A stretch of 64,000 nt of DNA from positions 13,888,001 to 13,952,000 of the forward strand of contig NC_042998.1 in the NCBI RefSeq assembly GCF_006345805.1, read 5' to 3'. A model generated the notes under the pieces. That model worked only from the letters and a program-made list of their open reading frames with translations. It was not told the DNA's origin and did no database searches. The stretch's first letter is position 1, and every line of letters begins with the position of its first letter. This stretch comes from Octopus sinensis. Lineage: Eukaryota. Shown one piece after another: positions 1 to 13,842 of the stretch. The translations under genes and the position numbers were made by a program.

Positions 1-711
1 TAATAAGCAACAAAAGGAACACGCAGTAAGCAGCTGGAATTGTTTCAATGGAAACAGGCACCTGTATGTCTGTGAGTTTTGATTGGCTAAAATTGCAAAT
101 TTTAAAAGCTATTAACTCTCGTTTTCTTTTTTTCTTCTTTCTTTTTTCTTTTAGGGCGAAAACGAGTTTCGTGTCAATGATTTCTTTACAAAATTAGACC
201 AATACACCAAATATGAAATCAATCGGAACAAAAATTGAAGAAATTGAAAACTGGCAGTCAAAGAGAAAAGGTTCCTTGTTGAAAGTATGGTTGACTCTTC
301 TCACTCAGAATTCCAAGCTTGAATGTGAGCTAAATATTTCTTCTTATAAATTTGGGTTACAAAAACCTCTGCTAGTGACGTACACGTAATTACGAACACT
401 ATAAGACTCAAAAGGTGAGAATACACGTATGGAAATAACGGCTTAAATGTTAAGCAAAGCATTTAGTGCAGTTTTCTTCCCTTGAGAGTTATTTTTAGCA
501 TTTGCATGTGAATTTCTGCTTATACATTTGTTGTATATGGTCTTTGTTATCATCGTATCCACCACCTAAAAGGGCAACAACAAAATTCAGTGATATTATT
601 CTGCCATCATACAATAGGATAATTTGTTAGGTATTCGACATGGATAATTAATTAATCGAGCGTTCATGAATATTAAATTCGCACAAGACATTAAGCTGAG
701 TAAATAGCTAT

Positions 712-725
712 AACACACAAACACA

Positions 726-775
<50 letters not shown>

Positions 776-928
776 AACAAACACAGGCATTTGATGTGTA
801 AATATACATCCTAGTATGCACAAAAATACATTAAAAAGTACACGTATGTACTTATACACACATACATACACACATATGTACATGCATATGTATATATATA
901 TATAAATATACATAGGTGAATGTATGTT

Positions 929-994
<66 letters not shown>

Positions 995-1232
995 TATGTA
1001 TATGCATGCATATATATATGGATATATATATACATATACATATATATATATATATGCATATATATCTTCGTGCTTATATGCGTATAATCATACATACATG
1101 GTTATATATACATATACGCACACATTTATATATGCATTAGATATATATATATATGCAATATATATATATGTATATGCATTTATCCTTACATGTCTGTGTA
1201 TGTGTGTTTTTATATGTATGTATATCTATATA
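712..1232. repeat. (CA)n followed by (TA)n/(TACA)n compound microsatellite
   Basis: Direct read; explains ORFs 596-1235. Confidence 0.95.
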
Positions 1233-3400
1233 TAGTAGCAGTACTCGCAACGATAAGTTTTTGCTTTATTAGGTCGTATGACTTAGTAAATATCGATACG
1301 TAGATTATTTCAATATTATATGGATTACTTTCGACAGTAAAATAGTTAAATGGATATAACAGCATACAAGGTATCACCGACTCTTTTATCTTTCCAAACA
1401 CTGAGCATGACGAAAACGAATCCTTTCCTTCAAGTATGCTACTCCATATAAAAAGAAAGAAAATCAAAGAGAGAAATCCGTCAATATTCTATTGAAACTT
1501 AATGTAAATTTTACGTAACCTGGACATGCTCAATGGTTCAGAAAGAATCCGATCAAATGACTGCGTTTTAGCTAAACACGATGATTTTCTTTTTATTTGT
1601 TCTTCCTGTGCATTTTATGCTTTTGTTCTTGTGTTTTTACTTGTAAGAAATTGATCCTTTGTATTTTAATTGCATTGCACCTCGTTGTTTGAAATAAAAT
1701 TAATGCTGAATGTTATTTTTGCTCTTCAAAAATTTAGGTTCAAACCAGTATTGTCTTCATTAATATTACAGAATTGTAATTCATTAGATCGCTAGTGGTA
1801 GCAATCTCTCTTATACGATGTGGAGGAAAGGGAGTATAACAATCAAGCCTGCACTCTCTTTACCTCTTCTACATTCCATATATTAATTTACTTCATCTCA
1901 TGCACCTTCTAGAATAGAACAATTTAAGAATTTTTAAAATTTAGCGAGATATTACAGCGATGGTGAGAGTACTTGGTTAAATATAAATTTCAAATCTCTT
2001 TAAGGAAAAAGAAGTTGGCAATGAAATCAGTTTAATTATCATATCAATTGATGCATGACATGTGTCATTCTCATACACGTAATTTTACAAAGGACATTTG
2101 TGTGTAACATAACGCTACTATCACAGCCATTGTCAATTCAAAATTTATAATAAAGATTCATATTTTCAGTACCTTCTTCCTTTAGTAAATGTTCCGATAA
2201 ACACATTAACTGCCAGAGTGTTGTAAATTCTATTACCAAGTCTACATCATAGAAAATCGTGATATTCATTTAAAAAATCATACTGAATAATTATGTTCTT
2301 ATATTTGTCTCTATTTAAAAATTTTTTTCTGCTTCACAGGACAGTTTTAAATCAATGAACAACTGATTTTAGATTTGCAATGTTGAATAAAATTCACAAT
2401 CACGTCACAGTCTCTTTTCATTTATATTCAGCTCTTCTTAGACTTGTTTTCAGCAAGGAAAGGACTGGATTTTATTATTTTTATAAATTGAGTTCCTAGG
2501 AAATATGAAGATTTTATTTGTTTTCTTGAGATTTTTACATTGTTCGAGAATATTACGACCACTTTAAAGCAGGGTGGGGTCTTTTTTAGATATTCAGTTT
2601 TATATTTTAACTTTCCAAGCATGAAATTCTGTGTTGGCATAGCGTATGTACATTGTACACAAACATGTCTTCAGAAATAAAAGAAAACATTCGGCTTTCA
2701 GGAACTCTCAAAATTCAATAATCATGCCACCGCCATTTTCTTTATGCATATATATGTACATACCATATTTATTTTCTACGATATGTTTGGGTACAAACAC
2801 ACACACACACGCACACACATACACACACACATAGAAGGGTGTGAGAGAGAGTGGAGAAAGAAGGGTGATAGTGAGAGAGAGAAGGGTGATAGGGAGAGTG
2901 GAGAAAGAAAAGAAAAACAAGGGACTCAACACATTTACTAGCAGCTAAATGTATCCTTATTAGCAATTGCTTGATTCGTATACATGCTATTTAAAGCTTC
3001 ATGGGTTTCTAACAATTCATCAGAACCTAAGCCAGGACGAAAAGTCAGTAAAATTTTAAGACACACCAAGGGCCGAATGAAAGTGTTTTATATAATATTA
3101 ATAATAATAATAGTAACAATAATATTATATATCTGTGTATGTTAAATAACAAACAGTATCGTTTGTAGTTCTATAATTAAGAGATGAGGAATTATTTATA
3201 TTATTTACATTATTTACATTTGACAGATATTTGTCCTCATCTTGTTTGTTGTTAACACAACGTTTCGGCTGATATATCCTCCAGCTATTATCAGGTGCCA
3301 TAGGGAAATTTCGAAACTGTCCACAGACATATGACGTAGTGGTTAAGAGCGCGTGCTACTAATCCCAAGATTTAAGTTCGATTCCAAGCAGTGACCCGAA

Positions 3401-3446
3401 CATCAACAACAACAATAACAATACTACTACTACTACTACTACTAAA

Positions 3447-3512
<66 letters not shown>

Positions 3513-3560
3513 TATAATAATAATAATAATAATTATAATAATAAGAATAACAACAACATC
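3401..3560. repeat. (AAC)/(TAC)/(AAT)n microsatellite inside the palindromic element
   Basis: Direct read; source of poly-Ile ORFs. Confidence 0.95.
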
Positions 3561-3605
3561 GAAAACTACCTTAGGAATGAGAACCCAGGTTCGAAATTTC
3601 CCCAA

Positions 3606-3650
3606 GACACCTGATTAAGGCTGGAGGGTATATCAGCCGAAACGTGTTAA
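3606..3650 (+). ncRNA. Type I hammerhead ribozyme, mutated copy (CUGAUUA core)
   Basis: gacac-CTGATTA-a-ggctg-loop-cagcc-GAAACGT-gtt; the intact version is at 49026-49070. Confidence 0.65.
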
Positions 3651-3802
3651 CAACAAAGATGAGGACAAATATCCGTTAAATGTAAATAATGTAAATAGCA
3701 TATGGTTTATACTTCGTAGCTTGCGGGTGAAGCACGTTCACTTTCATTTTGTTCGTTGTCTATTTTGGTTAATGAGAGTGATGGAAAATGGAAGATTCGA
3801 AA

Positions 3803-3870
3803 GATTTTATTAATCGCTACAACTGTAGTATCGACCCATCACGGGTTTGTGACGAAAGATTTCCAGGCTG
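3803..3870 (-). ncRNA. Degenerate hammerhead-like motif followed by AATAAA (possible pseudo-LTR of the PLE fossil)
   Basis: Minus strand: gc-CTGGAAA...accc-gtgat-gggtc-GATAC-tacagtt-GTA-gc-gattAATAAA. Confidence 0.35.
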
Positions 3871-4499
3871 TAGACATAAAATGAGTTATACAGTATATTT
3901 GATTTAAGCGTGTCCATATTTCCGACGCACGTTTCTATTGCATAGGCAAAAAGCAATTGCATTAGTAACTAGTTATTTTCAACGCGCTATTAATGTATGC
4001 AACTTAATTCAATGCGTTCACTGATGTAGTCTGAAGCTAACTAGGTGCATGTGAGTTTAGCTATATTTTTGTGTCCAATGAATGTGAGAAAAACATTTGA
4101 AATCCTGATACAGCTGCAAAAACTGCTGTGAAGTTGACTCTATCCTGACCCTAAGTTTGAAGTTTCAATTGAGGATACTAGACTTTTAATTACGTCAATG
4201 TATACTTTTTAAAACACTAGCCCTAGGTGGACTACTGATCTTAAGATTTTGAGTACAACTACAGGTTATTTATTTAGAAATAATTAGATATATGAGATAT
4301 GTAGAATTTACTTGTGTGGCCAATTCAAAACTATCTATTTGTATAAATCAAGTTTTAAATTACATGCAGTTTCCTCGTGCAATATGTGTTGCAATGCTGA
4401 TTGCTACTTGATATAGGAAAACTAGATATTAAACTACCATTTACCACATAAACTCAGGCGACTTCTATTTACATGTCACTTATATAATTACGAATCCCT

Positions 4500-5330
4500 C
4501 CAATGGAAGCATCTAAATACCCTTCTGTGTCGGTGCGAACATCTTAGTGTCTTTTAGTGCCTTTTAGCAACAGGTATAAGGCTGTAAAAATATGGAATAT
4601 TTCTTCTATGCATAAAATGCATAATTTTACCCAGAGTATGCAAGATTCAGCTACGGCTATTATTTTCCATTCAATATTAAATTTGGTGCTCCTTTCACTA
4701 AGGGACCGGACAAGTTTGTGCTATTCATTTTCTCTCTATCCCTAAATGAATGTAAATGATTCACATTCTCGCCTTGAAATTTGTCGAGCATGCACCATTA
4801 TAAGAGTGCGAATATCCTCCTGGCGTCACCATACACCTGTATACAATATTTTCACCGTTCATGGGACAGATTTCACTTTTTACAAAAATATGAGTATTTT
4901 TGCCTCTCGAAAATGTGGCTATGTCAGTGAAACCAGAATTAGATACCCCCTCTGTTTCTCTACCAACGGAACTACCAGTGTTTGCATTTCTCCTGTCGTC
5001 TCAAATTACCGAGTTATTTGTCTAGCGTTTACTGTGTCAAATTCAGCTTCTTAATGAATTATAACGGTTGTCTCCCTTCTCCGGCTTGCCTCGGTTTTAT
5101 TGTTTCTAACCCTATCATTATATGTATGATCTGTATTTTCACAAAAGTATTCAAGATATTGCTAGGTTGACTATCTAACGTTTTAGTTGGATGTGTGCTA
5201 TTATTGTTTTCCTTACCTACTTTACTGCTGTATATCTTTTTTTTTATGAAATATAGATAATCTCCAAATGTTTTATTTATACTTGGTCGAACGTCTTATT
5301 TCTATACCTCCGATCCTGAGATTCAGAAAA
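4500..5330 (-). pseudogene. Penelope-like element ORF fossil, C-terminal GIY-YIG endonuclease region
   Basis: Minus-strand translation across frameshifts: CPMNGENIVYRCMVT..SYNGACSTNFKAR / NHLHSFRDREKMNSTNLS / KFNIEWKIIAVAESC..LCILCIEEIFHI..RCSHRH, matching the PLE endonuclease pattern CPLxG..VVY..YIG..FKxR..NH..W.I..CxLC.EE..CRH. Confidence 0.8.
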
Positions 5331-5934
5331 TGCAAAACACAAATCATTTAAACAAACAGTTACACAAAACCTACAGAGTGTACAATCGTAAAAATGCCAC
5401 AACATTTTGATGTATTCAGTATTGTAATATTTCATTACTCAAGTCTTTAATCTTATATTAATTGTCGTTTGATGAATTCTGAACTGAAGAAATCTGAAAG
5501 GTTCTCAAAACCATCATACGTAATTTAAGATTTGAAATTCTTTCAATTGATTCTCTGTTAATTTTTCTCCAGATTTTTATTTTATTTAAGATTATATGTG
5601 TTATGATAATGGTTGTAATTATTCTCGATATTGTTCTTATTTTAGTACTACAATTATCCCTTTATATCAAAGCTTATCTCCTTCATCAGAATCTCTCGAT
5701 TTCAGACGATGTCTCTTCAATTTCTTTTCAATTCAATTTATTATAATTGATTATTTCATGTGAATTTATTTATTCATTTGATTTACATTTGATAAATTGC
5801 TTCTTTGCATTTTGTTTGCTTTTCACTTCCACTTTTGTGAAAATTGGCAATTATCATTAAATTGATTTGTTTTAAAATATATTTCTGTATTACGCATACT
5901 GTTTTATGTTTTATTTTTGTTCCTTCATGCGAAT

Positions 5935-5936
5935 AC

Positions 5937-5974
<38 letters not shown>

Positions 5975-6043
5975 GTGTGTGTACAGAAATATACATATAT
6001 GTACATATATATATATATACATATATATACATACTCAAACATT

Positions 6044-6077
<34 letters not shown>

Positions 6078-6099
6078 TATATATACATACTCAAACATT

Positions 6100-6168
<69 letters not shown>

Positions 6169-6240
6169 GTATATATGTTTGTATATATATTACATATATA
6201 TATATATATATATATATACATACTTACATATATTTATATA
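5935..6240. repeat. (TA)n/(TG)n compound microsatellite with duplicated CATACTCAAACATTT unit
   Basis: Direct read. Confidence 0.95.
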
Positions 6241-6556
6241 TCTTTATTGTTTAATCTCGGTTAGTTTATTTCTATTTGAGATTCCATTATCTATAAATAA
6301 ATTAACAATCCTGTCTATAAAAAAATTAAACTCCAGAATTTTATATGATTATATTGGCTTGCAAAGCAGATTTATATCTATTTTATTTATTCTACTGGTT
6401 TAAATATCTTAATGTGACACTTCAAATTGCATTTAGTACTCTTCTCATAGCAACATAGAATACCTCTAATTGCTGACACACATGTATGCTGCGTAATTGC
6501 TTAATCAGATGTATGACGTACACAGACCGAAAGAATTAAATGTATATTTATTGCTG

Positions 6557-6885
6557 GAAGTCCGTCGTTTACCACGACGTGTATACCAATATTCAAACGG
6601 TCAACAGAAAAACGTGATCGTAAAATTAACGTACGACTGGCTGAGTACTTCCCAGACACGTCTCCCCTTTGACGTAGTTCTCAGGGAGATTCAGCGTGAC
6701 AGAGAATGTGAAACAGCTGTTCATTTGAATTACAAGTATAACTAATTTTTGCCAGCTGACTGCACTACGGGAGCAACATGTGATAGTGTGCCTTGCTCAT
6801 GAACACAATACACCGCTAGGAATCGAACTGATGACCTTACATTCGTAAGACGAATACCCTAAACAGTAAACCACGTTGTTTCCGG
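6557..6885 (-). mobile_element. tRNA/CORE-type SINE, head D, degenerate; tail shared with 43976 and 58821 copies
   Basis: CORE-like segment and tail 'gttctcagggagattcagcgtgacagag' match other copies. Confidence 0.7.
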
Positions 6886-6944
6886 TACACACACACACAT
6901 ATACACGTGCCTCCGCACAACACTCACACATATATGTCTGCATT

Positions 6945-7210
<266 letters not shown>

Positions 7211-7316
7211 AAGAAAGGAGAGAGAAAAAAAATATGTATATATATATATATATACACACTCACACACACACAGATATATATGTATATATATATATATATT
7301 TATATACCTATATATA

Positions 7317-7575
7317 TGTGACAAACAGGTTATCGGATGTTATAACGACTGGTCACAATGCCTATCCCATAGCTGCTAGGTGGGGAGTCAAAAACTAACC
7401 AAACACTAATATATAAACACTAAATGTCAGTCCATCGCCGAACCACCCATTTACAACACAGTGGACTGGAGTAACGTGAAATGATATGATTTGCACAAGA
7501 ACACAATGTATATCCTGTCTGTGAATCGAAATACTGATCGTGCAAGCTTCAGTAAGACACGCTAAATTCTATACG
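7317..7575 (-). mobile_element. SINE head D, degenerate; tail related to 9490 copy
   Basis: 'cagtggactggagtaacgtgaaatga..caagaacacaatg' core; 'ctggtcacaatgc' tail. Confidence 0.6.
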
Positions 7576-7696
7576 CATTTACTCATGTGGATGCGTCTGC
7601 GTGTGTTTGGGTTTGTGTACTCCCAGATTAAACCTGCTCCGCCCACCTGCCAGTTAACTTGTTTTATGAGTTCAACTACATTCATGGAAACGCATG

Positions 7697-7730
<34 letters not shown>

Positions 7731-7756
7731 ACACACATATATATATTATATATATA

Positions 7757-7901
7757 GGCGCAGGAGTGGCTGTGTGGTAAGTAGCTTGCTTACCAACCAC
7801 ATGGTTCCGGGTTCAGTCCCACTGCGTGGCATCTCGGGCCGACCAATGCCTTGTGAGTGGATTTGGTAGACGGAAACTGAAAGACGCCTATCGTATATAT
7901 G

Positions 7902-7934
<33 letters not shown>

Positions 7935-8134
7935 GTGTCTGTGTTCGTCCCCCTAGCACTGCTTGACAACCGATGCTGCTGTGTTTAGGTTCCCTTCACT
8001 TAGCGGTTCGGCAAAAGAGAACGATATAATAAGTACTGGGCTTACAAAGAATAAGTCCCGGGGTCGATTTTCTCGACTAAAGGCGCTGCTGCAGCATGGC
8101 CGCAGCCAAATGACTGAAACAAGTAAAAGAGTAA
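7757..8134 (+). mobile_element. tRNA-derived SINE, head A, with internal (TA)/(TG) tract
   Basis: GGCGCAGGAGTGGCTGTGTGGTAAG (A box), GGTTCAGTCCC (B box), AAGTAAAAGAG tail; near-identical to 50980 copy. Confidence 0.9.
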
Positions 8135-9489
8135 TATATAGATCCACATATTTATGTCTTCAAATACGCCAAACAAACAATGACCGTTACCATTGCTCTA
8201 CGGCATAAACTGTTTAACTTCATACAGTTAATGCTTGCTTTCAAAACGAATGTATATTTTGGATCTAGAATGTTAGTCATAGAATATACATAAAGCTGGG
8301 AAGCGCTGGATGTTTCTTATACGCGTTAAGGCTGTATTCGGATATCAGACCTCGTCAATAAACAACTTATGCTGAATGCGGATGGACGATTTCTACCAGC
8401 TCGATATCAGAGTAAATTTGAGAACCGGTTTGCAGTGTTTCTGTTCTGGCTTAAGTCATTTACATCTTAAGAAGTAGACAGAAAATTATATTATTCTACA
8501 TACTCTGAAGAAAGTTCTAGCTGTGTAGCAATTTGATGGTGTTTTATGAATATTTAAATATGAGAACTCGTCCGAACAGATGAACTACGATTGAGAAACA
8601 CGCTATGTGAAGTGTGTGTGTATGTGAGCGTCTATGCGTGTGTGTGTATACATATATACATACACACGCATATTCAGATAGTTAGAAATCCTATAAAGAA
8701 ATGAATTGCTGTTACGCTATGCAAGTATTAAAAGCGATTTGTTATTTTTTTATATTTTCTATAAATGGTGAACACAATCAATTCTGTGGTAAAACCTCGA
8801 CACTTCGATTGCAACGAACTAAGTTAATTTTGTTGCTCATGAAAAATATAGCTTTTTGTGGGAGATGGATGAGGAAAGATTAAAAGTGATAAAAAAAAAA
8901 ACATAAAAGATGTCCAGCTGTACTTGATGAAACATCAATAATGCAGGTTTTATGAGGTCCAGAAAATATGTTAAGGATAATAAAGTTGATTAAAATCAGA
9001 TAATCCAGTACTGTCGTTTGAAATCATGCAATCTAGTTTCCTCTGAAATATTGATCATTTCTTTGATTGTTCTCTTTTATGTATGTGCCACAGGAGGATT
9101 AATGAATTTGGAGAGGAATTGGTTATTTTATGGCATTTTCCACAAAATTCTTTCTTTTGACTTTTGTTTGAAATTTTCGTTTCATCATTTCTCAGTATTT
9201 CAAATACACAATTTATTTAAATATTTGAATTTCATAAATTCAGCATCAATTGATGAAGTTTGCTATGTAACCATTAGCAGGAGAATTACTGTTACTACTT
9301 CTAATGATAATACTAACACGTACAACAACAACAGTAATAACAAAAAGTATCTAATTCAGGCAAGAGTCCAGGATCTTTGAACAGTAGGCGGTTAGTCGAA
9401 GTCATTGATTGCTATTTTATTGAAGTAAAGTTTAGCTGACTGGTATATGAGACCGTACAGTATTTTTTCGACGCTCTAATTCTCCTTAT

Positions 9490-9797
9490 CACCATCACCG
9501 TGACCGACCAGGCTATCAGATGTTACTACACATCGCTGGTCACAATGCGCTTTGCATTGTTTTAGCCTTCAAACGACGCCGCCCCGCTGGCTAAGCGGGC
9601 AGGCCGACAGAAGAAAGAGTGAGATAAAGTTGTGGTGAAAGAGTACAGCAGGGTCCACCACCACTCCCTGCCGGAGGCTCGTGGAGCTTTAGGTGTTTTC
9701 GCTCAATAAACACTCACAACGCCCGGTCTGGGAATCGAAACCACGATCCTACGACTACAAGTCTGCTGCCCTAACCACTGGGCCATTGCGCCTCCAC
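9490..9797 (-). mobile_element. tRNA-derived SINE, head C
   Basis: Head GTGGAGGCGCAATGGCCCAGTGGTTAGGGCAGC; TSD AATTCTCCTTAT at 9478-9489 and 9798-9809. Confidence 0.9.
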
Positions 9798-9879
9798 AAT
9801 TCTCCTTATATACTCACCTAATCATAGAAATAACGCTATTGTTAATTATAATGGCTCTTTCCAATTTTGGTTTCAAATA

Positions 9880-10062
9880 TTGGCACAAAGCCAGAATATC
9901 CAAGAAATAGGATAGGTCGATTATATCGACCACAGTCTTCAATTGGTACTTATTTTATCGACCCCCCAAAAATGACAGGTATTGTCGACTTCGGTGGTAT
10001 TTTAACTCAGAACGTAAAGACAGCGAAATGCCGCTAAGCATTTTGTCCGGCATGATAACGTT
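9880..10062 (-). mobile_element. SINE B, degenerate
   Basis: gtcgattatatcgacc..ggtacttattttatcgacccc..aactcagaacgtaa..gctaagcatttt. Confidence 0.75.
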
Positions 10063-11084
10063 AGGTTCTTTCTAATTCTATCGCAGAGGCACATCTTGTT
10101 CTTAGAAGTAGGAGATAAAATCCACCATGTCTGCGTTACACTAAACGTCATAAATGTTTAAACCAAGTTCCACTGAAAAGCCGCACCCACCTGTTTCTAT
10201 TTGAGCGACAATAGCTGTTTCAGGCATACATTTTAAACTCACGCAGCGGTATAAAACCGGCGTTTGGACAGGTGCAGCGAGAAGATCTTTCTCCTCTCAG
10301 TTTTCATAATAAAAGAGCGGGAGTGTTGAAATTTCGCTCCTTTAATTCCGGCAACAACTGTGCAGAATTCCCTTACGGACAAATACACCAGCGTAAGAAG
10401 CCTTCATGTTGCAGTTGATGATGTTACTAGAGGTGGTACTGTTCCCTGTTACTTTTCCCTGCTGCTGCTGTCCCTGCTCCGGCTCCGCTGCTGCTGATAA
10501 TGCCGCAGCTGTTCCTTTTATTGCTACTCTCATTTGCCATCACTGCAATGGTTCAGTAGTTTTGAATTTTGAACTGTCCAATACCATCTTGATTCTTCTC
10601 TTGTATTTATTAAAGTTGTTTTTGTTGTTGCTCTTCTTTTAGCTGCCACTGATATTTGATGCTGTGGAAGTAATGCATTTATTTAGACTTTCAACTATCA
10701 AGAGTTGAAATTCGTTCTCCCCTCATTCCAAGTACCCTTGTCTTTCGTTTGACTCAATCTCGAAGGTGGAAGCAATTTTGTAAAATCTATTGTTGTTTTA
10801 CTATTTTTGTCTTCAAAACGTATTTGGAAAAAACTTCTAATAAATTTGAAATTCAAGGAAGAGAGTATCAAAAAGGTTGACTAATCTTATGATTTTAGCT
10901 TAACTATCTAAAATGCTATATAACAAAATTGCGACGATTTACAACTGTTGGGTATATAAAAGAGTGAACATTTTATGCCAGCTGCTTCACTTACCTTATC
11001 GCTCTCACCACGACAACGACGACCACAACAAAATTATTAACAATAAAAGCACAAATAGTAGTAATAAAGATGTCTTTTTGCAGT

Positions 11085-11440
11085 CATAGGAATAAGGTCT
11101 AAAATCTGTGAGGGTGGGGATTGATTACAACAACGTAAGTACATGACTGATACTTATTTTATTGAACCCGATGGTAAACGGCAGCGAAATTTGAACTCAG
11201 AGCGTAATGACGGACGAAGTGCCACTAGGGTTTTGTCCAGTGTGCTAACAGTCCTGCCGGTTCGCCGCCTTTATGGAAATAATAATGTTAATAATAACAG
11301 CGACGAGGAGACGACAACGACGATGATGATGGTAATGATGATGATGATGATGATGATAAGGAGTCGGTCGATTAAATCGACCCCAGAGCTCAATTGGTGG
11401 TTGTTTCATCGACCCCGAAAAGATGAAAGTCAAAGTCGAA
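11085..11440 (-). mobile_element. Two degenerate SINE B pieces separated by (AAT)/(GAT)n
   Basis: 'atttgaactcagagcgtaa..ttcgccgcct' and 'atcgaccccgaaaagatgaaagtcaaagtcga'. Confidence 0.7.
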
Positions 11441-12401
11441 CGCAAGAATCATTTGGACAACACAAATCCAAAGAAATATTCTCTTACATAAACAACAGAA
11501 GACCTGAAGAAAATAAATGTACGACTGTAACGATTATATATTATAAATAACAATATATTCACAAAGAGGAAAATATTACACATTGCCCGATAGACTATAA
11601 AACAACATGTGGCATTGTATTGCGTTCATCGATCCTTGAGGAACTGGGGATGTATATTTTATCATTATTGATTATAGAATTCATGGAATGTAACATGGCA
11701 GAATGGAAAACTAATATGATAATAAATCACATGTTAGGTGAACTGCAATCTGGTTCGATTGATATAATATCGCTAATTTTCAAGTAGACACGTTTTCATA
11801 ATATTTATTTTCTCAAGTTCCTTCACCATGTAGACAAATTTACAATTGTACAGACAGTGGCTTCATGGTTGGAGAGCCTTTCTTTAGGCATTTCCTGTAC
11901 GTTATGACATCGTGTTAAATACCAACTATATGAAACAGGCTTCAGCTGTTAAAATTAGTACGTATTAAATTGAACTCAAGTTTATAATAATGGACATAGG
12001 AATTAATATGTTTTTAAAATATTTGGAATTCACAGAAGGTGAACATACTTGACGCACTAGAGAGAAAGAACTAATACAGACTAATACAGAGTTTATTCGT
12101 CCTCCTGCAATGCGTAAACAAATGCAAAATCCATTGCCGCAGAAGACGATATAATCAGGTCGCGGAAACAGTAGTGTAATATGAGTGCAGCGCGATTCCC
12201 TTGCATGTGTTATTACAAGTAGATAACGGGGTGGAGAGTAATGCACACTAATTGATGTAGTGTTTTAAAGGACTATTACAGCAGGAGAAAAAGTCTACTG
12301 ATATTAATATAAGTAATATAATTAATGAAAATGAGTCTCACACATACTTACTGCCGTAGGCATTTTATCACTTCTTAAAGAATTATCGGTATAATCATAT
12401 C

Positions 12402-12530
12402 AAGCGCGCGAATTGATAAAATCGTTAGCGGATCGGGTAAAAAATGCGTAGCAGTATTTGTTCCGGTTCTATTTACTCTGAATTAAAATGCAGCCGGATT
12501 TTACTTTTCCTTTCATCTCTTCAGGATCGT
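12402..12530 (+). mobile_element. SINE B head, highly degenerate
   Basis: aatcgttagc..aaatgcgtagcagtattt..cctttcatctcttcaggatcg. Confidence 0.55.
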
Positions 12531-12852
12531 TACCTTGAACACTGCAACGGACCGGCGACGTGTTCAGGGTTTATGGTAAAATTTCTGTCATCTATACCTA
12601 TAAGAAATGGTTAATCATAAGCTGAGATGTGTTATCTTTTTCTAATGTAATCGGATTATGCTGTAAGGAATGATAACTGAATGAGTATATAAGATGTTAG
12701 CATACATATATACGATGTGACAAAAATGTCCGGGTTTGACTTTATTATAAAGTGCTGAAGATCGAAATCTAATACAATAGTTACCGAAATTGACTGAATA
12801 GCCAAGAAAAAGTGCTCGTTCAACTCGAATTATAAAGATTAGTTTAATAGTT

Positions 12853-13249
12853 TACTCTTATACTCTTTTTATTTGTTTCAGTCATTTGACTGCAGCCATG
12901 CTGGAGCACCGCTTTTAGTCGAACAAATCGACCCCATGATTTATTATTTGTAAGTCTGGTACTCAATTCTATCGGCCTCCTTTACCGAACCACTAGTTTA
13001 CGGGGACGTAAACACACCAGAATCGGTTGTCAAGCGATTGTGGGGTGGGGGAGCACAGACACACAAACATATATATATATAGACGACAGGCTTCTTTCAG
13101 TTTCTGTCAAACAAATCCACTCACAAGGCTTTGCTCGGTCCGAGGCTCTAGTAGAAGACACTTGCCCAATGTGCCACGTAGTGAGACTGAAACCGGAACC
13201 ATGTGGTTTCAGTAAGGAAGCTACTTATCACACGGCCACTCCTACGCCT
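12853..13249 (-). mobile_element. SINE A
   Basis: Reverse complement of 7757 family; ends ccactcctacgcct. Confidence 0.9.
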
Positions 13250-13506
13250 ATGGAACAATTAAGCCAATTATAGTCCCAGTTAAGAAGTAGTAAGGATTGT
13301 GAGGAAAGTTGCAGGTAAAATCAAAAACTGACGAGGAATATAACATTTAGCGAAAGTAACCATTGTCTGATAAGAACATTTTAAAGGAATATGATAAAGC
13401 AAGTTATAAAATGGAATCTTCTGTACTTAAGGAGTTGAAAATTTTCAATAGTGTAATAGGATAATTTTTAACAATAGAAATTTAAAAACACAAAGTCACA
13501 AGTTTT

Positions 13507-13842
13507 GTGAAGGCACATGACTCAGTGGTTACATCCTCTGTCTCACGATCACGAGTTAATGAGTTCGATTCCCGGGCCGGGTTACATGTTGTTTTTTTGA
13601 GCAAGACACTTTATTTCACGTTGCTCCAGTTTACTCAGCTGTAAAAATAAATTCCGACGTCACTGAGCCATGCTATATCGGCCTTTGCCTTTCCTTTCGA
13701 TAACAAGGATAACACGGAGAGGGGAGGCTGGCATGAATGGACGACTGCTGGTTTTCTGTAAAAAAAGTTTACCGGACTTGTGCATCGGAGGGTAAGTTTC
13801 TACATGTAATGCCATGGTCATTTATGACCGAAAGGGCTCTTT
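13507..13842 (+). mobile_element. SINE head D (CORE-type) with tail shared with 49698 copy
   Basis: A box TGACTCAGTGG, B box GTTCGATTCCC, CORE-like TTGAGCAAGACACTTTATTTCACGTTGCTCCAG; terminal hairpin ggtcat-tt-atgacc. Confidence 0.85.

Larger units (their letters stand above)
3169..3697. mobile_element. Palindromic non-autonomous PLE-type element: inverted arm + tRNA-like head + (AAT)n + hammerhead-bearing arm
   Basis: 3195-3319 is the reverse complement of ~3585-3697; A box TGACGTAGTGG 3332-3342, B box AGTTCGATTCC 3375-3385; second copy at 48749-49127. Confidence 0.8.

Noticed and set aside
3325-3400. tRNA gene (also the heads of SINEs A, C, D)
   Set aside because: A/B boxes present but no complete cloverleaf or acceptor stem; part of repeats
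5650-5700. CTGATGA on minus strand (also 3017, 15473, 56593, and CTGAAGA at 63735 plus)
   Set aside because: Lacks correctly placed GAAA and stem III; expected by chance
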